Source of the DNA: Candidatus Korobacteraceae bacterium
Lineage (GTDB): Bacteria; Acidobacteriota; Terriglobia; Terriglobales; Acidobacteriaceae
Direction: 5' to 3'
Length of the DNA stretch: 40,250 nt
NCBI GenBank assembly: GCA_049519515.1
Contig: JBEKQR010000001.1
Location: 1-40,250 of the forward strand
Positions 33,866 to 40,250 of this stretch are shown one piece after another. Numbering within the stretch: position 1 is the first letter of the stretch; each line of letters begins with the position of its first letter. A program made the position numbers and the translations under genes. Below the pieces are notes generated by a model, which worked only from the letters and a program-made list of their open reading frames with translations, did no database searches and was not told the origin of the DNA.

Positions 33866-34687
33866 ATGAATTCACTGAGGCATTCGCTGCGCAATGGGCT
33901 GTTGCTATTTCTCGTCCTGGGAGCCGGTGGCGCCGCGGTTTCGGCCGCGGAGCAGGAAGTTGTGCAGTTCGACCCGGCGACAACAAAGGTCGACTTCACC
34001 CTCGGAAGCCTCCTTCACACCGTGCACGGAAGCTTCCGCCTCAAGAGCGGCGAAATCCGTTTCGACCGCGTAACCGGAACGGCAAGCGGCGCTCTGGTGG
34101 TGGATGCGGCCAGCGGCAATAGCGGCAACAATGCTCGCGACCGCAAGATGAAACGCGATGTACTGCAGACCGGCCGTTACCCCGATATCGTGTTCAACCC
34201 GACGCACGTGAGCGGCACGCTGCCCGCTGATGGGAATGCCACTCTGAACGTTCAGGGGCTTTTCCGCATACACGGCGCGGACCACGACATGATGCTGTCG
34301 GTTCCGGTGACGATTTCGGGCGGCATGGTTTCCCTCCGAACCGAGTTCCTGGTTCCCTATGTTGCCTGGGGCATGAAGAACCCCAGCACATTCATTCTGC
34401 GCGTGGATGACAAGGTACGGATCAATGTTGCCGGGACCGCGCGCATCGGGGTGTCTCAATCGGTATCGGGCAGACAGGCTCCGGCAAGTGTTGCGAGCAC
34501 TGGCCGCACGGAAGCTGCTAGCGCGCCAGCCGGGCAAGCTCCGTCGCATAGAGATGGTTGTGGGGAAACTCCCGCGACAAGTCTTCGAGCAGCGCGCGAG
34601 CGCCGGCCGCATCTTTGTCACGCAGGGCGGCGACAGCCAGTAGCAGGCGCGCATACGGAGCAAGATAGTGACCGTTGCTGGCGGTGA
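33866..34687 (+). CDS. YceI-family (polyisoprenoid-binding-like) periplasmic protein with an aberrant C-terminal extension
   Basis: GGAGGA SD. Signal peptide. FDPATTKVDFTLGSLLHTVHGSF...GNNARDRKMKRDVLQTGRYPDIVF is YceI-like. The last ~85 aa are low complexity and run antisense into the next gene. Confidence 0.65.
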   Translation: MNSLRHSLRNGLLLFLVLGAGGAAVSAAEQEVVQFDPATTKVDFTLGSLLHTVHGSFRLKSGEIRFDRVTGTASGALVVDAASGNSGNNARDRKMKRDVLQTGRYPDIVFNPTHVSGTLPADGNATLNVQGLFRIHGADHDMMLSVPVTISGGMVSLRTEFLVPYVAWGMKNPSTFILRVDDKVRINVAGTARIGVSQSVSGRQAPASVASTGRTEAASAPAGQAPSHRDGCGETPATSLRAARERRPHLCHAGRRQPVAGAHTEQDSDRCWR

Positions 34688-35429
34688 GCCGCAGCCGCTT
34701 GATCCCTTCCTGCTTGTTGGTCTCGGCGCCGCTGAAACGAAGCAGCCATCGAACCGGCGCCGGGGTCACGCCGAGCAGGTAGTTCTCCACTCCGATTGCG
34801 AGATAGGCGTCGTAGTATTGCGGATTGCGCCCCAGCAGCTTCTCGGCGATGCTGCGCGAGCTCTTCATGTAGCTAAGACCGGCAAGGTTCCGCTTTTCGA
34901 TCATGGCCGCGTAATCCCCGCGAAGCCCGTTGGCAAGAATCTGCGCGAACATCGCTTGTTCGCTCCCGGCAGAGACAGCGAGCATGCGGGAGGCCAACTG
35001 GTCCGAAATGGCAAGGTCCTTGTCGAAAGCCGCTTTAACGGCCGGATCCGGCGCCAGTTTGTGGCGCGACGCGAACTTCTTGTCGTCGGTGAACAGCTCG
35101 ACCTCGAGAACGTGGAGGCGGTCGAATTCGGAAAATAAATATGCGGCCGCGTCAGAAACGTATCCCATGGGATCTTCCGGATGCGACTGCTGCCAGGAAC
35201 GGAATGTATCGTGCGCTGTCGAAAACTCCAGGTTGTACATCTCGCGGTAGCCCGTATCCAGCGGCTCATCCGTTAATGGCACGGCAATGGCAGCGGTGCA
35301 AACCGATAGGACAAATATGCATGTTCGTATCAGCCCGCGCTGAAGGGAACTCTGAATCGCAATATCGTCTTTTGCCACAGGTAAGCGCACGCGCAGTCCT
35401 CGAGAGCGACAGTTTGCGGGAACCGGCAC
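34518..35429 (-). CDS. hypothetical secreted, helical-repeat-like protein
   Basis: ORF with a signal-like segment IRTCIFVLSVCTAAIAVPL and an otherwise helical, TPR-like composition. Start uncertain (several in-frame GTGs). Confidence 0.5.
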   Translation of the reverse strand: MPVPANCRSRGLRVRLPVAKDDIAIQSSLQRGLIRTCIFVLSVCTAAIAVPLTDEPLDTGYREMYNLEFSTAHDTFRSWQQSHPEDPMGYVSDAAAYLFSEFDRLHVLEVELFTDDKKFASRHKLAPDPAVKAAFDKDLAISDQLASRMLAVSAGSEQAMFAQILANGLRGDYAAMIEKRNLAGLSYMKSSRSIAEKLLGRNPQYYDAYLAIGVENYLLGVTPAPVRWLLRFSGAETNKQEGIKRLRLTASNGHYLAPYARLLLAVAALRDKDAAGARALLEDLSREFPHNHLYATELARLAR

Positions 35430-35552
35430 AGCTCTCTTTTAGATGCACGTGGCGTCAAATCGCTGCAGCGTGACCGGCCAGAGCAGCGCGTCCGTTCCGG
35501 AACGCAATCGCCACAGGAACAACATACGAGCAGGCCGGGCTGGGACTGTATG

Positions 35553-36317
35553 CTATCGCGAATAGAATCGAGCGCCTCGACGGAATCCGCGCACAAGAAT
35601 TTCGAGCAGGTCCTCATTGTCCGGACAGGAACCTTCAGGAACGGCGCACTTTTCACGCAGATGCGTGGCCAGCTTGGCTGCTGTCCGTTGGCGCACCTCC
35701 AGCGCCAGGTCGACCCTTCGCTGCAGGAACGTTTCGATCAGTTCCACCTCGTTTGGGCTCAGAGCGGCGTAATTGATCGCGTCCGCAACCTCGCCCTTGC
35801 CTGTGTTGAAGAAAATCGAGCCCTCTTCAGGCCGGCGATCGTGGACGACAATGGTTCCGGCCACGTAGTCTCCAATTCGCTTGTACTGCGGGCTGAGAAA
35901 CATCACCACAGCCCCCAGGGCGTAAAGGCCGGGAAGCGAATCGACTGCCCGAAGGAGATTTCGCGCTATGGCTTCATACGCCGACGCCTCGCGGCCTCTC
36001 TCATTCATGACGCGGATTCCGGCCTGCCGCTTGCCTGGCGTCTGCCCTTTCCAGAAGATCTCAAAGAGCACGAAGTATCCCCAGTGCATGAAGAAGGCTG
36101 ACAACACGAACAAGGCGAGCACCCAGGTGCGGCTACCGCGGAACGGGTTCACCGCCACTCCCGCGATCACCAGCACGATCACAAGGCAGATCATGGCAAG
36201 CAGCTGGATCATCAGGTCCACGAAAAGTGCCATGAAACGGCTGCCGGGACCTGCCAGCTCGTATTCCAGATTGATCTGCTCCGGGGTGTCGATGCTAAGC
36301 TTCTTCGGAACGGTCAC
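35553..36317 (-). CDS. RDD-family membrane protein
   Basis: GSRFMALFVDLMIQ..., GQTPGKRQAGIRV and RIGDYVAGTIVV match the RDD-domain pattern. GTG start. Confidence 0.7.
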   Translation of the reverse strand: MTVPKKLSIDTPEQINLEYELAGPGSRFMALFVDLMIQLLAMICLVIVLVIAGVAVNPFRGSRTWVLALFVLSAFFMHWGYFVLFEIFWKGQTPGKRQAGIRVMNERGREASAYEAIARNLLRAVDSLPGLYALGAVVMFLSPQYKRIGDYVAGTIVVHDRRPEEGSIFFNTGKGEVADAINYAALSPNEVELIETFLQRRVDLALEVRQRTAAKLATHLREKCAVPEGSCPDNEDLLEILVRGFRRGARFYSR

Positions 36318-36323
36318 GAGTCT

Positions 36324-37289
36324 ATGATCTCAAACTTCTGGCTCGAAACGCGAAAGCCTCACTGGGAACAGCTTGAGGCGTTGATCAGGCAGTGTGGCAG
36401 CCGCGGAACGGCGAACCTCACCCGCTCCGAGCTCCGTCAATTCGGGCTCCTATATCGCCAGATTGCAGCAGACCTGTCTATTCTGCGACAGGACGCCACT
36501 GGCGCGCATTATTCGCGCTATCTGAACCAACTGCTGGGCCGCGCTCACAGTATCATCTACCTGGGCAAGAAGACCAGTCCTCGCAGACTCGTCGGATTTT
36601 TTGCCAGGGATTGGCCCGTGCTCGTCTGGCGCATGCGGCCTTACATAGCCGTGGTCATGGCCGTGTTCCTCCTGTGCGGAGTGGCCGGTGTGCTCCAGAC
36701 GCTGCATAATCCGGACTTTGCCCTGCAGGTGCTCGGCCCCGGGATGATCGAAAGCATTGAACGGCACGAGATGTGGACGCAGTCGATCGTCGCCATCAAA
36801 CCTCTGGCCTCCAGCGAGATTATGACCAACAACCTCGCCGTATGCTTTGCAACCTTCGCCATGGGGGTGACAGCGGGCCTGGGCACTCTTTACATGATCG
36901 CATTCAACGGATTGCTGCTGGGCGTAGTGGGGGCGTCATGCGGGATGCACGGCATGTCGCTCTCGCTTTGGAGCTTCGTGGTCGCGCATGGAAGCCTCGA
37001 GATTCCTTCAATCTTTTTGGCAGGAGCGGCCGGTTTACGACTCGGCACGGGGCTTCTCTTTCCCGGAACGCTGAGCCGGCGCGAATCGCTCCGGCTGGCC
37101 GGAACCGAGGCGGTGAAACTGGAGTTGGGAACCATCCCGCTGCTGGTTGTCGCCGGCATCATCGAGGGTTTCGTGTCGCCGCTTGCCTGGAATCCGGCGA
37201 TCAGATTTGCCCTGGGCGCGGCGCTGTTTTCCGCGTTGCTGACATGGATCTCCTCGGGTGTACGCGTCAAAGCAGGTTCTTCTGCTTAA
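36324..37289 (+). CDS. SpoIIM-like/DUF95 family membrane protein
   Basis: The N-terminal cytosolic helix region (W..LE.L......L...EL..FGLLYRQIAADLS) followed by 5-6 TM with HGSLEIPSIFLAGAAG is the DUF95 signature. Confidence 0.7.
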   Translation: MISNFWLETRKPHWEQLEALIRQCGSRGTANLTRSELRQFGLLYRQIAADLSILRQDATGAHYSRYLNQLLGRAHSIIYLGKKTSPRRLVGFFARDWPVLVWRMRPYIAVVMAVFLLCGVAGVLQTLHNPDFALQVLGPGMIESIERHEMWTQSIVAIKPLASSEIMTNNLAVCFATFAMGVTAGLGTLYMIAFNGLLLGVVGASCGMHGMSLSLWSFVVAHGSLEIPSIFLAGAAGLRLGTGLLFPGTLSRRESLRLAGTEAVKLELGTIPLLVVAGIIEGFVSPLAWNPAIRFALGAALFSALLTWISSGVRVKAGSSA

Positions 37290-38640
37290 CCTCGAGATAC
37301 TTGTTCAGCACGGCTCCGGTAAGCTGAGGCGCATTCACTTCGATCGCGTGCACGCCGCCGCGCCGCAAGCGGGCTAGCGTAAGCTCGCGCCTGCGAATTG
37401 TCTCCGAGGCGGCGGCGTAGAGGAAGGTCTGCCCGGCTGTGGCCGGCGCGGTATCGATAATCCGCATCATGTCGGGCTGGCCAAGCACGGCCACCACAAC
37501 CAGGTGCCGGTTGCTTGCCTGGAGCGCGGCCGCGACCACTTCGGGCGTGATGGCAAGGTCGGCGAGATCCGTGATCCACACGATCATGGCCCGACGCTTT
37601 TGGATCGAAAGCAACGTTCCGGCGGCGTGAAGATGGTCCGCCTCGCCACTCTCTTCCTGCAGCAGAGCAAGCTGATCCAGCATCTCGTGCAGGTGCTGGT
37701 TTCCTTTTCCCGGCAACCGGCGCTGCTGAATACGCTGGCCGTAAGCGAGCATAGCGGCGGAGTCGCCGCCGTAATTGGCAAGCTGGGCGAGGCGGATGGC
37801 GCTTTCCGCGGCATAGTCGAGCTTTGAACGGCCATCCAGGCGCGCCCGCATCAGCCGTCCGCAATCGATCACCGCCCAGACCGTCTGGCTGCGCTCACTT
37901 TGGCGCAGGGTGGTCACCAGCTTCGATCTTCGCGCCGTTGCCGTCCAGCAGATATCGCGGCGCTCGTCGCCAGGCTGGAACTCACGCAGGCTTTCGAACT
38001 CGCGTCCGTGGCCCCGCTGCCTTGCCGTTCGCCTTTGCAGCTCCATCTGGCGGCTGCGCAGCAGGACCGCCTGTTGCCGGCCTTTTTCGAGCGCGGGATA
38101 GACACGCACGCTGCCTTCGAGCTCGAATGCAGCCCACCTCTGCGCAATCCGCAACCCGCTTTCGTAGCGGACGTAGGCCCTTCCGAACGCACTGTCGCCA
38201 CGCTGGGACGGGCAAATCTCGTAGCGGAGCGAGGCGGCCCCATTCGCGGGCAGGTTCACCGAGGACTCCGCCGGCAGCGGAGCCAGCGACTGCGGAACAT
38301 CGTCAATCAGCGAGCAGTGAAGAACGCTCCCGGAGGCATTGGCGATAGTCAGCGTGACATAGGACGGCTGAAGCTGGTTCAGCGCGCCACCCAGGCTGCG
38401 TTCGATACTCAATTTACCCGCTGCAGGCAGCCGGAGCAGATCAGCCGAATAGAGCAACGCCACCAAACCGTTCCAGGCGAGCAAAACCCATCCGAAACTT
38501 GAGGACACGAACATCAGAGGCACAAAGAGCAGGCCGGCGCACAGCAAGGCGAAGAGCCGGCGGCCGGCGGCGAAAGGCAGCCATCCATATTTCACCCCGC
38601 CGGCTCGCGTACTCGCCTGTTGCAATGAGCCGGCCCTCAC
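37267..38640 (-). CDS. DUF58 domain protein (MoxR-associated, degenerate vWA-like)
   Basis: Two N-terminal TM helices. LREFQPGDERRDICW matches the DUF58 R.Y.PGD..R.I.W motif. GTGA-type overlap with moxR. Confidence 0.8.
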   Translation of the reverse strand: MRAGSLQQASTRAGGVKYGWLPFAAGRRLFALLCAGLLFVPLMFVSSSFGWVLLAWNGLVALLYSADLLRLPAAGKLSIERSLGGALNQLQPSYVTLTIANASGSVLHCSLIDDVPQSLAPLPAESSVNLPANGAASLRYEICPSQRGDSAFGRAYVRYESGLRIAQRWAAFELEGSVRVYPALEKGRQQAVLLRSRQMELQRRTARQRGHGREFESLREFQPGDERRDICWTATARRSKLVTTLRQSERSQTVWAVIDCGRLMRARLDGRSKLDYAAESAIRLAQLANYGGDSAAMLAYGQRIQQRRLPGKGNQHLHEMLDQLALLQEESGEADHLHAAGTLLSIQKRRAMIVWITDLADLAITPEVVAAALQASNRHLVVVAVLGQPDMMRIIDTAPATAGQTFLYAAASETIRRRELTLARLRRGGVHAIEVNAPQLTGAVLNKYLEVKQKNLL

Positions 38641-39563
38641 TTCGGCACCTCCACCGAGCGGATCACCTGCTCCAACGCCTCATCCGGAGTGACGCCTTCC
38701 AGCTCCGCCTCGGGATTGAGCAGGATGCGATGGCGCAAACAGCAGCGGGCGGCAGACTTCACGTCGTCGGGAATCAGAAAATCGCGGCCTTCCATGGCGG
38801 CAAAAGCCTTCGCGACCCGCAGTACTGCAATGGCCGCTCGCGGACTTGCTCCCAGCCTGATCGCGGGCCATTCCCTGGTCTTGCGGACCAGCCGGGCAAC
38901 ATATTCGGTAAGTCCCGGCTCGACGGTTACCTCCACAACCAGCTGACGGGCAAGTTGCAGTGCCTCGGGGTCGATGGAACTGAGACCGAGGTTCTCGAGG
39001 TTGCGGGAATCCAAGCGGGCGCTGTGCTCATTGAGGATCTTCAACTCCGAACCCAGATCGGGATAGTGGACGGAAATTTTCAACAGAAAACGGTCCAATT
39101 GCGCCTCAGGCAGGGGATACGTGCCTTCGAACTCCACCGGGTTCTGCGTTGCGAAGACCGTAAAGCACGGCGGCAACGGATAACTCACCCCGTCGATGGT
39201 CGCCTGGCGCTCTTCCATTGCCTCGAGCAGGGCGGCTTGCGTGCGTGGAGGCATACGGTTGATCTCATCGACCAGCAGCAACTCGGTAAACAGCGGTCCT
39301 TTGTGCACCCGAAAGTCGGCCAGCTTGGCATCGAAGACGTTGGTGCCGATGATGTCCGCAGGCATCAGGTCCGAGTTGCACTGCACGCGGCGAAAGCCGA
39401 GGTTCAGCACATGCGCCATGCACTTTACGGTAAGCGTTTTGGCGACTCCAGGAACACCTTCGATCAGCCCGTGCCCGCCACAAAGAAAGGTGGCCAGCGC
39501 TTGTCTGATGAGCGGTTCCTGTCCCACTACGACTTTGTTCAGCTCATTGGTCGCCAGTTGCAC
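38637..39563 (-). CDS. moxR: MoxR-family AAA+ ATPase (5' end uncertain or disrupted by IS200)
   Basis: VVVGQEPLIRQALATFLCGGHGLIEGVPGVAKT (Walker A), LLVDEINR (Walker B) and RILLNPEAELEGV. The ORF stays open to 39716 but upstream of 39566 it reads through IS200 end sequences. GTG 39563 is the first start outside the IS. Confidence 0.8.
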   Translation of the reverse strand: MQLATNELNKVVVGQEPLIRQALATFLCGGHGLIEGVPGVAKTLTVKCMAHVLNLGFRRVQCNSDLMPADIIGTNVFDAKLADFRVHKGPLFTELLLVDEINRMPPRTQAALLEAMEERQATIDGVSYPLPPCFTVFATQNPVEFEGTYPLPEAQLDRFLLKISVHYPDLGSELKILNEHSARLDSRNLENLGLSSIDPEALQLARQLVVEVTVEPGLTEYVARLVRKTREWPAIRLGASPRAAIAVLRVAKAFAAMEGRDFLIPDDVKSAARCCLRHRILLNPEAELEGVTPDEALEQVIRSVEVPK

Positions 39564-39665
39564 AACAGTAATTAATCCCCCGGCAGAGCCGGGGGCTTTA
39601 GGTTGTGAGCCGCTCAAAGCGGCTGGCGGGGTCGCTAACGCGGCCCCGTTGTTGTTGGCCACCTG

Positions 39666-39711
39666 AAGGTGGCTCCTCAGCGCCACATAAGGTGGCTCCT
39701 CAGCGCCACAT
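39666..39711. repeat. perfect 23-bp tandem duplication spanning the tnpA stop codon
   Basis: AAGGTGGCTCCTCAGCGCCACAT occurs twice (39666-39688, 39689-39711). Each unit contains a GTGGC...GCCAC mini-hairpin. Confidence 0.85.
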
Positions 39712-40131
39712 ATCAAGCTGATCCAGGCGCTTCTCCTCTACCTCTTGCATGCGGATATACTCGCGGATCAATCCCTCATCCCGCCCTACCGTAGACACAA
39801 AGTATCCCCGCGCCCAGAAGTTCTGCCCGGCAAAATTCTGCTTCCGCCCGCCGTACACTCGCGCCAGGTGGATCGCGCTCTTCCCTTTGATAAACCCAAT
39901 CACCTGCGCCACCGCGTACTTCGGCGGTATCGAGATCATCATGTGCACGTGATCCGGGTGCAGATGCCCTTCCTCAATACGGCTTTCCTTCTGTTCCGCC
40001 AACTTCCGAAACACCTCTCCCAAATGTTTTCGTAGATTCCCGTACAACGTCTTCCGCCGCCCCTTGGGGATAAACACCACGTGGTATTTGCACTCCCATT
40101 TGGAGTGGCTTAAGCTTTCATATTCGTCCAT
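39700..40131 (-). CDS. tnpA: IS200/IS605-family Y1 transposase TnpA
   Basis: 143 aa. KYHVVFIPKGRRK, the HUH motif PDHVHMMISIPP, and a catalytic Tyr region (ARGYFVSTVG). AAAGGAG SD. Confidence 0.9.
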   Translation of the reverse strand: MDEYESLSHSKWECKYHVVFIPKGRRKTLYGNLRKHLGEVFRKLAEQKESRIEEGHLHPDHVHMMISIPPKYAVAQVIGFIKGKSAIHLARVYGGRKQNFAGQNFWARGYFVSTVGRDEGLIREYIRMQEVEEKRLDQLDMWR

Positions 40132-40250
40132 CCAGATTCTCCTTTGCGTGTGCTTCGCGGCTCACGTCAGGAGTTTCTTGGATGGACTCCCGTATTTGTC
40201 AAACTTCGGATGCCTCCCCGGCAGAGCCGGGGGAACTCCCATTTCATTAG

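Larger units (their letters stand above)
39566..40250 (-). mobile_element. IS200-type element (IS200/IS605 family, TnpA only), probably clipped by the window end
   Basis: Y1 (HUH) transposase gene flanked by the same 18-nt hairpin CCCCGGC-aga-GCCGGGGG at 39578-39595 and 40216-40233. The span of about 690 bp is typical IS200 size. Confidence 0.75.

Noticed and set aside
39666-39711. A direct repeat array that might be a mini-CRISPR.
   Set aside because: There are only two abutting units with no spacers and no cas genes. It is better explained as a tandem duplication inside the IS200 end.
1-40250. Search for tRNA, rRNA, tmRNA or CRISPR arrays.
   Set aside because: No T-loop/GTTCRANYC-type cloverleaf candidates, no rRNA-like conserved blocks and no spaced repeat arrays were seen in the non-coding intervals. 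This was a manual scan only, so tRNAscan-SE or Infernal should confirm it.

Overview
High-GC bacterial chromosomal window, densely coding on both strands. I support about 45 protein genes and saw no rRNA, tRNA or CRISPR array. All homology calls come from reading motifs in the ORF translations; no database search was run. Repeat and hairpin coordinates may be off by 1-2 nt.

Layout:
(i) 0-5.5 kb: a three-gene secreted-protein operon, a YdjM-type membrane hydrolase, a lipid kinase, and mogA-moaC.
(ii) 5.75-7.0 kb: an IS110/IS1111-type insertion sequence with subterminal inverted repeats and a hairpin-rich 3' non-coding tail, a candidate bridge/seek RNA.
(iii) 16.4 to 8.6 kb, minus strand: a seven-gene, translationally coupled operon. 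It encodes an Hmc/DsrMKJOP-like membrane redox module (HdrD/DsrK-like, NarI/DsrM-like, 4x[4Fe-4S] protein, and an NrfD-like protein fused to a six-heme cytochrome c). A soluble Cys-rich PAS histidine kinase and two receiver-only response regulators follow. A periplasmic tandem rhodanese is transcribed divergently.
(iv) mscL with a zinc-ribbon-like tail, an FGE/SUMF1-like protein, and a substrate-binding protein.
(v) About 20-32 kb, lower GC by eye: a YjiH/YjiG-like pair, M20 amidohydrolase, ICMT-like methyltransferase, tandem NTF2-like paralogs (one frameshifted), a hydantoinase-like amidohydrolase, L-asparaginase, HU, and an MFS transporter.
(vi) A GGR-like flavoprotein plus YceI, an RDD/DUF95/DUF58/MoxR cluster, and an IS200 (TnpA-only) element abutting moxR and cut by the window end.

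Three families of structured intergenic repeats are present: a MITE-like element in three copies, a 162-nt nested palindrome, and a CCCTA-rich palindrome.

Most interesting are the IS110-type element with its putative guide RNA, the catalytic-subunit-less redox module with the NrfD::hexaheme fusion and its dedicated sensor system, and the MITE-like repeat showing a compensatory stem change.
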